From: Yuukianura sp. NJ FZ-2021
Lineage: Eukaryota
DNA length: 64,000 nt
Assembly: GCA_046563655.1 (NCBI GenBank)
Contig: CM102286.1
Span: 3,224,001-3,288,000, forward strand
Direction of reading: 5' to 3'
Part shown: positions 1-12,715 of the stretch, in pieces
Position numbering within the stretch: position 1 is the first letter of the stretch
Layout: every line of letters begins with the position of its first letter
The notes under the pieces: generated by a model
The model's database searches: none
The model's input: the letters and a program-made list of their open reading frames with translations, nothing else
What the model was told of the DNA's origin: nothing
Translations under genes and position numbers: made by a program

Positions 1-1712
1 TTACGAAACAAACTCCAGATTTTTTATATACACGAAGATCCACACGACAGAGGACTAGTCAATGACTACGCTCGAGATTCCGGCCCCAGTTCACTCGGAC
101 TGGCACACTCCGGACTTACCGAGAGAGATTCACACCCCTCCCTGCCCTGTGTCACCTGAACAGCTACTTGCAAGCCTCGATCCGTCTTCGCGCCCAATCT
201 ACTGCAATGCCGTATGTTCCAGTGTATATGAAAAAAACCGAAAGTCACGTTAAATGTCAAGTAAAGTCTCGTTAACTCTAATAGTAACACTTCTGCTGCG
301 ATATGAAAAAAACCGAAAGTCACGTTAAATGTCAAGTCAAGTCTCGTTAACTCTAATAATAACACTTCTGCTGCGCATTCAAGCAAGAGACACAGGGACT
401 AAGTTTTTGTACCACATCCCCGAACCAATGCGGATTGAGACTTTGAAACGATCTGTGCATGGACACATTCGCCAAGAAGTGATTCCGTAGGTTTCGGTTG
501 TGGGATTTAGTATGTGTTCCTAAGTGATGGTACAGAGAAGGTTTAGTCAAAAATTTAAAGTTCATTTTACAATTTTTTGAACCAAAATTACGAAACAAAC
601 TCCAGATTTTTTATATACACGAAGATCCACACGACAGAGGACTAGTCAATGACTACGCTCGAGATTCCGGCCCCAGTTCACTCGGACTGGCACACTCCGG
701 ACTTACCGAGAGAGATTCACACCCCTCCCTGCCCTGTGTCACCTGAACAGCTACTTGCAAGCCTCGATCCGTCTTCGCGCCCAATCTACTGCAATGCCGT
801 ATGTTCCAGTGTATATGAAAAAAACCGAAAGTCACGTTAAATGTCAAGTAAAGTCTCGTTAACTCTAATAGTAACACTTCTGCTGCGATATGAAAAAAAC
901 CGAAAGTCACGTTAAATGTCAAGTCAAGTCTCGTTAACTCTAATAATAACACTTCTGCTGCGCATTCAAGCAAGAGACACAGGGACTAAGTTTTTGTACC
1001 ACATCCCCGAACCAATGCGGATTGAGACTTTGAAACGATCTGTGCATGGACACATTCGCCAAGAAGTGATTCCGTAGGTTTCGGTTGTGGGATTTAGTAT
1101 GTGTTCCTAAGTGATGGTACAGAGAAGGTTTAGTCAAAAATTTAAAGTTCATTTTACAATTTTTTGAACCAAAATTACGAAACAAACTCCAGATTTTTTT
1201 ATATACACGAAGATCCACACGACAGAGGACTAGTCAATGACTACGCTCGAGATTCCGGCCCCAGTTCACTCGGACTGGCACACTCCGGACTTACCGAGAG
1301 AGATTCACACCCCTCCCTGCCCTGTGTCACCTGAACAGCTACTTGCAAGCCTCGATCCGTCTTCGCGCCCAATCTACTGCAATGCCGTATGTTCCAGTGT
1401 ATATGAAAAAAACCGAAAGTCACGTTAAATGTCAAGTAAAGTCTCGTTAACTCTAATAATAACACTTCTGCTGCGCATTCAAGCAAGAGACACAGGGACT
1501 AAGTTTTTTACCACATCCCCGAACCAATGCGGATTGAGACTTTGAAACGATCTGTGCATGGACACATTCGTCAAGAAGTGATTCCGTAGGTTTCGGTGGT
1601 GGGATTTAGTATGTGTTCCTAAGTGATGGTACAGAGAAGGTTTAGTCAAAAATTTAAACTTCATTTTCCTATTTTTTGAACCAAAATTACCAAACAAACT
1701 CCAGATTTTTTC
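1..1712. repeat. Tandem repeat, ~587-bp unit, about 3 copies (begins at or before the window edge)
   Basis: Units start at 1, 588 and 1175 and are nearly identical. Units 1 and 2 carry an internal 75-bp duplication (226-300/301-375); unit 3 has one copy. Confidence 0.97.
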
Positions 1713-2231
1713 AGTATTATGCATAATGAATCCGTATAATTTCGTTAAAATTTGTTGTTTTTTTTTTGGGAAAACTTTGGAAATGTGTTGAAGTAATTTT
1801 TGTCCAGGTTTCTAATCCTAACCTAATTTTTTGATTAAGTTGAGATTCGAGTTGCCAAAAACTAAATTCGGAATTAATCCCAAATTTTGAACATCTGAGA
1901 AAAGAAATGCCTGGTTGACCTGTTACACAATTGCAAACTGACGTGACTATTCGCTATTTCAAATTCCTTATTTTTTCAAGTTTTTTTTACCATGATTTCT
2001 ATAACCCTCCCTATGGATGATAAAACCGGATAAAAATATTATCCACACTCGTAACATAATGCCTATAATATAACACTCGTAAAAACCTGCGAATCGGCAC
2101 AGTCTGAAATATCTGGTTTTCGGAGGAATAGACATACCCGATTTGTTGCTCCATGTGCTTTATCATGTTTACTTTCAAATTGTTATTAATTCATATTTGT
2201 GCATCGGAAACACAAATCACACCTTACAGTT

Positions 2232-2912
2232 AATTCGTGTTTGGAAAAAGATGAACGAGAACGAGAGAGGGAAGATGACATGGAGAAAGAAGCCATCACT
2301 AAAAATCCAAATCTACCAAGTCTACAAACAGCTTGTATTGAAAAAATGGTAATTTCCAAAGTTTGCAACTTTTAGAAAAGATTATTTTTTTAAAATTTCG
2401 AATTTGGTCTGAACAGGCTGACAAACTCATCGAAGCTCCTTGATGTATTCAAAGATGATTGATGAACACCCTCTCCTGCAAGCCTACGGTGCTGAGACAC
2501 TGAATGAGTTCATGACCAAAGTGCTAAGTTTAAGTACTATCAAGGCAATAGAGTTGGAACAAAGCATTATGCTACTTCCGGTTTCCTACGTTCATCAAAT
2601 GATTCCCGCACTGGAGCAAGTACTTGTCCACTCTCCCGTTTACGCTGAACTTGCAATCAAATGTCTCTCGGCTGTTGTCAACTTCCACTTGGATTCTCTG
2701 CGCCGAGTCGATAAAGAACTGTTGAACAAAGTAGCGGATTTGGCAGAGTCCAGAGGCCTTGAACTGAGCGACAGATTTGGAGTGAACATCGCCTCAAATT
2801 TTTGCAGGAGTCGGTAACAATGGCAGAAAACTTGGCGTGAAATTTTGAATCTACCGTGGGAGATGTGAAACGTAAGAGGAAACAGAGCGAAAAACTTATC
2901 AAAAGAGCCTTT
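2232..2912 (+). pseudogene. WDR3: WDR3/Utp12 C-terminal fragment, disabled
   Basis: HPLLQAYG...ELEQSIMLLPVSYV...ELAIKCL...FGVNIA...KRKRKQSEKLI resembles the Utp12/WDR3 C-terminus. Two exons (intron ~2349-2416) with frameshifts near 2260, 2438 and 2793 and an in-frame TGA near 2838. No WD40 exons are visible upstream. Confidence 0.75.
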
Positions 2913-3660
2913 GGTGTCCCAGGTCATCCTTCCTTGTCCATTGAAGATTGGTCAAGCAAGCAGAGATTGACGTCACAAAAAGAACGCAAACACATTGCGA
3001 TTGCGATAGGAAAAGAGAAGCTGAATGAAATCAACAGTTGCCAAAAACTTGCCGACGTCTGGTGGGTTTTCATAGTTTTCGCAAATATCCACATTCCAGT
3101 CCTGGCACTTGAGCTCTGTAGGTTGTCCACAGTTAGTACTTAAGGTGTGCTAGGTCATCCTTCCTTGTCCATTGAAGATTGGTCAAGCAGAGATTGACTT
3201 CGCAAAAAGAAGTCAAACATTGCGATTGTGATAGGAAAAGAGGAAGCTGAAATGAAGTTGCCAAAAACTTGCCTCCGTGTGGTGGTTTTCGCAAATATCC
3301 ACATTCCAGTCCTGGCACTTGAGCCCTGTAGTATGTCCACGGTGAGTACTGTTACTGTTAGGGCATCCCAGGTCGTCCTTCCTTGTCCATTGAAGATTGG
3401 TCAAGCAGAGATTGACTTCGCAAAAGTTGAAGTCAAACATTGCGATAGGAAAGGATAAGCTAAACAAAAAAAATTGGCAACTTACCGACGTCGGGTCTTG
3501 AAGTCTTCGGAAATATCCAGGTAACAGTGAGGGCCGTTGAACTTTACAGTTTGTCCACCGTGAGTATGTCCATGTCATCCGTCGTCCTTGTCCATTGACA
3601 CTGGTCGCTCACAAATTGTTCCGCACAAACAAAATTTGCACGGTGTTGCAAAAAAAAGAG
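2913..3660. repeat. Degenerate tandem repeat, ~205-231-bp unit, about 3.5 copies
   Basis: The block GGTCRTCCTTCCTTGTCCATTGAAGATTGGTCAAGC recurs in units starting near 2913, 3144 and 3361, and more diverged near 3565. Confidence 0.9.
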
Positions 3661-3767
3661 AAACTTTTGCGGTTTTTTTTTGCGAGGAACGTAAAGTACG
3701 TCTACCCAGGCCGGGTTTCTAAGAATCACTGCGGGATTTCAAAATGGCGACCGACGACATCACAACG

Positions 3768-3974
3768 AGAACCTTCTAGAAGGTTCTAGAAAGACAGTGA
3801 ACTTCTTCTGCTTCTAAGCAGTGACTGCTATATGGAAAACAATGGAGACTGTTGCTGGCTATGATCGGTTTTCGATATAGTGGAACCTTCCAGAAAGTTC
3901 GGAGGAACCTGCCTCTGGACAGTATAGCAATGCTCGATCGGTTTTCGATATAGTGGAACCTTCCAGAAAGTTCG
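3768..3974. promoter_or_regulatory. Cluster of three perfect heat-shock elements (alternating nGAAn/nTTCn)
   Basis: 3768-3792 aGAAc cTTCt aGAAg gTTCt aGAAa (5 pentamers); 3882-3901 and 3955-3974 gGAAc cTTCc aGAAa gTTCg (4 pentamers each). Confidence 0.7.
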
Positions 3975-4025
3975 GAGGGGGGAGGGGGGAGGGGTGACCT
4001 GCCTCTGGACAGTATAGCAATGCTT
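3863..4025. repeat. 73-bp direct duplication carrying an HSE; the second copy has a G-rich insertion
   Basis: gatcggttttcgatatagtggaaccttccagaaagttcggagg...acctgcctctggacagtatagcaatgct starts at 3863 and again at 3936. Confidence 0.92.
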
Positions 4026-4823
4026 ATCCATTGTTGTCCAAGTATTAGTACTTTTGTATGAAGTAAACAGTTATGTATAGTTCCATTCATTTGTTCTAAA
4101 AATAGCGGGAAAAACGAAATACTACATTCATACCCAATCTACACACCGCAAAAATTTTGAAATTTGATTAAGCAGCATACCATTGGCAAAATTTCGGTTG
4201 ACATTTCGACTTAACAGTACACTCTCTGAAGTGAGTCCTTTGATAAATTTGACACCAAGACATGACAAATTATCGTGTTCAGTTTGGCCTTGCTTGATAT
4301 CCGAACCTCTGACCTATTTCCTAATAAAGTTTTGACTGTTTCAGATTCTTCTGCTCCGGCGGCCAAGACGAATTGAATGTTCAGTTCCATTTTCTGGGGT
4401 ATGAAGATTGGTATCACAAACCTCAAAGGAACAAGATTTCAGTGTCAACTTTACAGTTTACAATACTCGAGTCTCACAACTCAAAGTGTCTGATGACAAC
4501 GTGACTGTCACTGATGAAAAGGGGAAAAGAGCATGATTCAAGCGAGTCAGTGTAAGAGATTTTTTTAAACTTATTCAAATTCAAATTCATGTTCTAAATG
4601 TTTGTTTGGTATTTTCAGTTGTTGCAAAGGGCTCTTGGTTTTGGACAGTGAAAGTAATTGACCTTCCGGACACCGCCGCCTGACGCATAGGATGGGGTCA
4701 ATGTTATGACACTTACGAACGACTCAAACTGTCACTTTATGTTATGAAAATGATAAGTTCTGTATAATAATATACTTAATCTGAATAGTGTAAATAATAC
4801 AAAGAACTTTTCAAATTTCAAAA

Positions 4824-7800
4824 TCAAATGTCTTCATTGAGTCCGGGAACTTTTGGTTCGACCAATCGCAGAGACACTTTGTCCCGATTTTCCTGAAGTG
4901 AAATGTTGACAATCACTTTATCCAAGGGATGGATTTTTACCTTCCCAAATTCAACAGCTCCTTCCTTCTGATCGAAAACATAAGAACTTGCTTTTGGAAA
5001 AAAGACATAGCCCTCCATTCCAAATTTTGGAACGAATACTTGCAATGCGTTTCGTCTGACACACATGATCCAGCCTTCGACGTCTTCCTCCTTGCCCAGA
5101 AGTACACGCTGCAAATCAAATTAAAGAATCGTAGCGGGTAAAACGATTGAAATTTCTCAAAAAACTAGTAAGATCTTACACTTTTGTGCCAATTGTTAGA
5201 TGCTCTCGAAGCATACTGGGCCATACGATGACGGACGTTGATATTCTCAGTGACGTCGTGAATAATTTTGGTAGCTAAAACACGAGGATTCGGTTCGTCA
5301 ACTCCAATTGCCACGGCCAACAAGCGATGGACCATCAAATCAGCGTATCTAACACAACACGGATTCAAATTGACGACAAGTGAACGAAAAAATAAGTCAA
5401 TGCTAAGAGACAAGTTACCTTCGAATTGGTGAAGTGAAATGAGTGTAGAGTTCAACAGCCAATCCGAAATGGCGATACTCATTTGGCGGAGCAGTACCGG
5501 AACAGCAGTAGAGTGCTTGCGTCATACATCTAGTTGTCATGACTCGTAGAATTCCTTTCAATTCTTCTGCTTGGCATTCAATTGAATCGTTGAGTGCTTT
5601 GGATCCTTCGTCAACAACCAATCGAATACCATGAGCCTTGGCAGCCAATAGGAGAGGTTCAAAATTTGATGGTGGCGGTAACGGATGTCGTCGAAGAAGA
5701 GAAAACTCTCGGAAAGTTTCCAAGGTAAATTCAGCCACAGAACAGTTTGCCAGTAACATGAATTCTTCTACCATAGAATGCGATTCTTCCGAATTCATGT
5801 CTTCTGTGTCACCTTCGTCACGGACTTCATGTGACGAGAGCATAAGGGCTCCACGAGCAAATCTTCCTTTCTTCAGTTCCTGGGCGAGTAGTGATAATCG
5901 TTTGAGCGACAATGTAATTGGATCGGAAGCTGATGAATTCAACTTAGCCTGGGCTTCGTCATACGTCAAGGAAGCGACAGATCGGATCACTGCCTTGCAA
6001 AACTTGGTTTCCAAAATCTCTGCTTTTGGACTCAACTTCCAGATGACAGAGAAGACTAACTTGTCAGTGTTGGGATGAAGTGAGCACAGGTTAGAAGAGA
6101 GTAAAGGCGGAATCATGTCAATACGTCGATCGGCCAAGTAGACACTCGTTCCCCTTTTGGCTGCTTCTTGGTCCAAAGCTGTTTCTGGAATGACATAATG
6201 TGAGACATCAGCAATGTGGACTCCAACTTCGTAGTTTCCGTCTGGTAGAAGCTCAGAGTGCAAAGCGTCGTCAATGTCAGTACATCCTGGCGGATCGACC
6301 GAAACGACAATGAGATTCCGAAAGTCTTTTCGTTTCTCATATTCTTCTGTTGGAATCTCATAAGGAAGAGTGGGCAGACATGCCTCTACTGCTTTTGAAA
6401 ATGGACCATGAGGAATCCCATGTTCATGCAAAATTGCTGAAGTTTCAGTTTCAAGTGTACCGGACGTTCCAAGAACTTTGATTGTGTGTCCAACTGGATA
6501 CCGCGAGGAGGCTGGCCAATGGTCAATTTGGACCAGGATCTTCTGTCCCTCTAATCGCTTGATATTTCTAGTCTCAATTTTAACCCTTGGGATTTTCCGG
6601 TTGTCTGGCAGAAAGAAATGGAAACTCGATGATTCATTTTGGCTCTTTCGAATTAGACCAGTACATGGTTGCCATTTGCGTCGAATGATTCCAACGACAC
6701 GTCCAGTTGCTTTCTTTAGCTCTTCTCCACCTTCTTTTCGCTTTTCAACGATTGAAAGTATTTCATCTTCGGCTTCTTCTGATTCAACAACAACGTCTGC
6801 AGTCAAGGGAGTTTCCTCTTCGTCGGCGCCAACAACCACCATGCCACTGGGTACAGACCATTTCGATTCTTCCAGAACTTCAATGGCTACGATGTCACCA
6901 TCAGTAGCTCGATTAATGTTCTCTAAACCCTGTAAAAGGATTTCTCTATCGTCGTCAATACGAGTAGAGCCTTCGTAGAAACTCCAACACCGGTAGGCTC
7001 CTTGAAGATATTTGCCAGTACGAATCCCTTCTTGTAAATCCTTTATTGGCAAATGTGGAGGGTAGCTAAAGTCAGCCACATACTTCCGAATTGCTAAAAG
7101 ACATATGCAGGACCGTGAAATTAACGTAAACTTAGCCGAGGTGAATGAAAAATTAGCAAGAATAACTTACATTCATCTTCATTGTACGGAATACGACAAA
7201 CTTTATCCTCCAAATCTGGAAATTGAGCTGCCAAGGTTGGCACGTATTCTTCGGCTGTAGCTAATAGCGCCGGAGGTTTGTTCTGGTCAACAAAATTATT
7301 TTCAGCAAACGCTGGATCGTCACTCAAAATAACAATTTCGATTCCCAGTGGAGCAAAGTGTTGAGAAAGAAACTGATATGCTGACATGAAGGCGCGACGA
7401 TTACGGACTTCCGTAGTTTCTCCTGGTAAGCGATCTACGTATGTATTTCTGAAAACACATAGAAAAGCTTGTTTCAAGTCAAATAAGTCAAAGTTGTTTT
7501 TTACTGCAACAACTTACTTGTGATGTTCGTTGAGGAAGTATGACCACTTGCGGTTCTTGTAACCATCCCGAAGTCGTTTGTATTTGTTGCTATTTGTTCT
7601 GGACACTTCTTCCATCACAAGTTGGAGAAGAATAACATTGCTAAGTTCCTCCGTCACGTCCAACTAAAAAATATGATCGTAAAAACCAACTTAACTTGCA
7701 AATCATATCAAGCATTGCTTACCTGGCGCAGTAAAAATCCAGCGTCTGGCAGAAGATAGTGCTTCTTTGTAAACTTGTTTGAATATACTGGAGGATTTCC

Positions 7801-8104
7801 ATCTAACCCAATCCTGGCTCTTGGGTTTAGCACACAAACCTTGCATCCTAGAGATCCGCAATGAAGGTCTTCTCGTAAATATTTTTCCCGTGAAATCTGT
7901 ACAGAAACAAAGCAAAAAATGGTTAGTAAAAGTCGAAAAAGGGTTCGTCGTTGCTTAGTGATTCGTATCAGCTCCAGGAGCTGTAACCTTTAGCGGCTTT
8001 CCCCTACGGTTCTGTCTGTAAAATGTGATTTGTTTGATTTGGTCCTCAGACCAAGGAGATGCCGGGTCTCCTGCATCAGCTGCAACGTAGTTGTCACACT
8101 CCAT
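4824..8104 (-). CDS. DIS3: Exosome catalytic subunit DIS3/Rrp44 (PIN + RNB + S1), about 7 exons
   Basis: N-terminal TFYRQNRRGKPLK/ISREKYLREDLHCG, PIN region FLNEHH, RNB catalytic SVDPPGCTDIDDALH, HFGLA and YTHFTSPIRR/YAD. Exons ~7985-8104, 7722-7897, 7518-7663, 7170-7448, 5419-7093, 5181-5348, 4824-5109. Confidence 0.95.
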
Positions 8105-8923
8105 CTGTATAGAAGACGCAAATAAATAAATTAATTGGTGCCTGCCTGGTCCCGTTTCGGAAGTGTACTGTAAAAACGTTCGTACACCGTAACAAAACTG
8201 TGGTAAGCTGTCTTCTGAGATGCCAAAGACCAAACCGATTTTGAACCCGCTACTTTTCTGCAAAATAAAAATGAGGCTTCAATTAAGTAATTGATGTAAT
8301 TAATTACCTTTTCCTTCCAAACAATTACCGTAAAAAACAAACACCAGCAGCAATGCAATCGGTCTAGCCAATAAGTCAATGCGCAAGTTGCCGCAAAATC
8401 ATTCAGGAAGCCAATTCATTGGAAAAAATCTGCACGTTGGCGCCGTTCCATTTTAAAATTTTGTCGCATTTTTTCAATTGACACTTTTTTGTTGCCAATA
8501 TATTTTGGGCGGTGTCGATCGACTGACCTAAATTCAAATCCTACATGATTTTTTACAGAATCTGTCAAATTAACAACAAATTAACTAATTAGTAATTGTA
8601 ATTAAGTTATCGAAGTAATTAAAGTGTGATCAACTAATGCATAGGTAAGAAACAGCACCGATCGATCTTCATATTCTAGTCCTTCTATTCTATCGTATGT
8701 CACGACCACGGACCACGACGTACAAAAGAAACGTGACAAATTTTACGCCATAAAATCACTTTCACTACTACACGGGATCGTGACGAGAGCCGAAGCCGAA
8801 TTACATAGTTCAAGCATTGAAGCATCCTGAAGAAGAGTCGGAAACGATGGTTACATACTCGCTTAAGGTTTGAGATAACTGATTGAGGATTAGAAAATTT
8901 TGAATTTCAAGCAAACTGACATA

Positions 8924-11900
8924 ATGTTGGACACACAAGGGAAATGGGATCCAGGTATTAAATTGACTTCACATTTTCCTTCAGATTTTGAAAAATATGC
9001 GATTAATTTGTAAACATTATGTTAATTGTTTTGTAGCGTTGTCGCTGTTATTGACCTCTTTGGAAGAAACTACTCCTGCAGAAAATCAAATATCATCGGA
9101 CGAACTGGGATTCTTAAATTCTCTACTCAAGTCACGTGAAATGAACGCTCTTGTTAAAATCCACTCCATTATTATGGCGGAGAAGGAAGCTATTTCACCA
9201 TTGATCTCTAATAGTGTGGATATCCTGGATGACATATTTAGTGACATGACACTGGACGAAGATGAAGGGAATCCAGAGTTGAACGAACTCATTCAACTCC
9301 TACAAAATCCATATTTGCAAGGGATTCTATACTGCCATGACTGCATTGCGCAAAAGGACTTTATGCCTAAACTCAATACAGATGAACCCTATGAAGAAGA
9401 CGATGGAGGAGTAGACGAAGAAACGATAAAAGTTGTACAGTTGGTTAAATCCAGTGAACCATTGGTAAGGTCACAGTCACACACATCCTATCTCAATTTC
9501 TTGTTACATGACTTTAGATTTGTAATTTCTCTTGATCTATATTGAACAAATGCTACCGTTCAAAGGGCGGGGCTAAAACTACTGAACCAATTGTGGTAAG
9601 AGGCAGTATTTCCTCATAGAAGTGTGTGTGTCGTGTTGTCGCCATGTTTAACACGCATGAAACCTGTTTTTGCAGACTACAGATCTAACTTTAAGACTGG
9701 GATACTTTGCATGCCTCACCCCTAAAAGCCTTCACAAACAAAATTAACATTGATGATGTCTAATATTTGTTAAAAAACTAAACTGACATTGATATTTTGT
9801 ATTCTTATGATTTAGGGAGCCACGATAAAACGGGACGAAGAAACTGGCAGAATCGTGATTGCTCGGGTGATGCACGGAGGTGCTGCAGATCGATCCGGGC
9901 TGATCTTTCCGAATGATGAAGTAATTGAAGTGAACGGGATCGATGTTGAAAGCAAAACGCCGGATGACATCTTACAAATTCTGAAGCAGTCAGAAGGCAC
10001 AATTACCTTCAAACTTATTCCCGCTGATTCTGGAAAATTGAAGGTTGGATAAGAGATTGACAGGGACTAACTCGTAGATCAAAGGTCACAGTTTGATTGA
10101 TTTTTATTTTTACTGTTTATTAGCGGGAGAGCAAAGTCCGTGTTCGATGCCTATTTAACTTTGATGCCACTGATGATCCTCATATTCCTTGCAAAGATGC
10201 TGGACTCAATTTTAACAGAGGCGACATTCTCCATATTGTGAGTCAAGACGATATTTACTGGTAAGCATTTTTCACTTTTTTTAAAATTCCTTGTGGGTAA
10301 AAATGTGAATTTGAGATCATTGTTTTTGTTATTTTAGGTGGCAAGCTAGACTTGAAGGGGACAAAGCTATGCGGGCAGGTTTGATTCCCAGTAAAGCTTT
10401 GCAGGAGCGACGAATAATGATGGCTCGAACGAAGCCATCAAACGACGGTAAGTTTTTTGCATACTAAGCAATCCAGAAGAAGCTTTGTATATTTTTGAGT
10501 ATGTATACTTTTAGAAGCATGTTGATTTGTGTGATTAATTTGTTGTTGTCTTTTTGTTTTGTTTATTTATGTTTTCTAGTTAATTGTATAGAGAGAAGTG
10601 AGAGGTTAACTAAGAAAATTGACTATGATGTGATAGAAAATGAAGACTACGATCGTGACGATATTGCAACTTATGAAGAAGTTATCAAATACTATCCACG
10701 TCCCGGGTCCTACCGACCAATCGTTCTGATTGGTCCACCCGGGGTCGGTCGAAATGAACTCAAACGACGCCTCATTGACACAAATCCTACAAAATATAAA
10801 ACTACAATTCCATGTAAGATTCATGAATTTTTAACTTTTATGAAATACGGAACTATGCATGATTTGACTTCATTTTTGTAGACACAACTCGACCGCAACG
10901 CCCAAACGAAGTGGATGGAAAAGAGTACAACTTTGTCACACGTTCTCAAATGGAAAATGACATTCAGGCCGGGAAGTTCATTGAATTTGGAGAGTACAAA
11001 GGCAATTTGTACGGAACATCGAGTGAAAGCATCAAGCAGATCATTCGTTCCGCTCAAATTCCCGTCTTGAATCCGCACTCTCAAGCTCTGAAGATGCTCC
11101 GAACCAAGGAGTTCAAGCCATACATTGTGTATATCAAACCACCGAAATTTGAGGTAAGTCGCTCAAAATTAAATATTTAAGAATTCACTTTTTTATAACC
11201 GTATAGCCGGTACCCCTTACCCGCTTTATACCCAAAATTTTTTGAAATTAGTTCAAGATAGATTCAATGTTAACCTGTTGTGGGGTAAATCCGAGCTTAA
11301 TTTTAGTATATGGAAAGGTGTGTGCTAACAATTCCAATCTTTCTGTATATAGGTACTCAAAGAATCGAGGCACAGAGTCTTCGCTAAGTCTACTTTTAGC
11401 GATGATACGTGCCAGAGAGCTTTCAACGTATGTTTGGATTTATCCCTTTGCTTTAGCTTGTATCGCTTGGGCTGATCAGTTATGTTATGAACTCCTGATT
11501 CACTTCTCACAAAATTTTAAATCAAAGCTTTCCCCAGCGGGCCATCCTCACGGCAAACGAAACCGAAGTATACAGAAGGACCTTTCATTTCGCAACATGC
11601 TCTCATTGACGGATGGAGAGGAGAATACCGTGAACTTTCTGATTGAAGTCCATGGCATTTACCACCCAAAATTTTTTGTGCCAAAATGTCAACAATTAAT
11701 TGATTCGTTGAAAGTTAAGATAAGATATCATTCGACAAACATTGCGGTGTCTTACCTAGAAATTGTTGCGAATTGAGAAGGTCTTCTGTACTGTATTTTG
11801 CAAAAACAAAAATACTTTTTCCATTAATGTCCTGCTAAGCGTCAGTTCGTGGATTGGAAGTCCGTTAGCTAATTTTGGATTATACTGGATTCTGGATTAT

Positions 11901-12218
11901 TGTATTGGATTTGCTTCATTTACGAAGTACTTGATATTGCTCAAGTGCAGATTAGATGGCGTAGTCAATGTAGAAATGCTTCGATGCTTTGCAAAACCTT
12001 CGATTACGACGTGAAGTAACTCATCTCTTTTGTATTGTCTACAGGATGACGAATTCAACGAGATCATTCACTCCTCAGACCGAATTGAGTTCCTGTATGG
12101 TCACTTATTCGACGAAGTCATTGTGAATGACGACTTGACAAAAGCATTTGCTCAGCTTGTCACAATTGTCAACAAAGTTGAAAATGAGCCACTTTGGATC
12201 CCGTCAAACTGGGTTTGA
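8924..12218 (+). CDS. MPP7: MAGUK p55 subfamily member 7-like (L27-L27-PDZ-SH3-GuK)
   Basis: L27 region; [21 protein letters not shown]3 IPCKDAGL...WWQA; Gu[33 protein letters not shown]; ends PLWIPSNWV*. The start may instead be an upstream ATG at 8847. Confidence 0.9.
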
Positions 12219-12715
12219 ATTCGTTCAACCTTCGCATTTCAGCTTTTGAGCTAAAAAAACACGTCTCTTACGACTTCTCAATGCAGAGACAAGTGAAAAA
12301 TGACATGACTACTATTACGATTAGAAGTTGCTGACGCTACAGTCAACAAAGTTCAAATTCTAAAAAACCAAGTTTCATTTGACACGAGAATAACTCACAT
12401 CCAATATCCATGTTACACTTTACACGACTACTTAACTAAAATTAGTCAATTAGATGTGTCTTAAAGCCCCTCCTTCGTCAATTCCCTCCTCACTTTTAAA
12501 CGTGTTAAAACTTTTAAACCAAACCTGATCACTTTGCCTTTAGAAAATAAAGTCCATGTGGAAGAAGAAACTAAAAGTGCAGAAAAGCTTAGAAAATTGT
12601 CACTGTCGACTATACTTTATGCTAAGGATAGTAAATTGTTTTAAAAGTTGAGTCATATAAGTTATGATGATAAGGTTCTTACACTTTACATTCATTTTTT
12701 GTTGTTTCATAACGT

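Noticed and set aside
62..1724. Short ORFs repeated in the 587-bp units, including a faint resemblance of W..DVV....CVSC to an integrase zinc-binding motif
   Set aside because: They recur only because of the tandem repeat, the frame breaks in unit 3, and no other retroelement domains are present.
1..3660. Hammerhead ribozyme within the tandem units
   Set aside because: I found no CUGANGA plus GAAA core with flanking stems by eye on either strand.
226..4025. Repeats read as a CRISPR-like array
   Set aside because: The context is eukaryotic, the units are long without unique spacers, and there are no cas genes.
5638..6978. Plus-strand ORFs of 146 and 166 aa
   Set aside because: They are antisense shadows of the large DIS3 exon.
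11267..12014. 169-aa and 83-aa ORFs in the MPP7 3' region
   Set aside because: They are mostly intronic with no recognisable domain; the true short MPP7 exon (~11353-11427) is in another frame.
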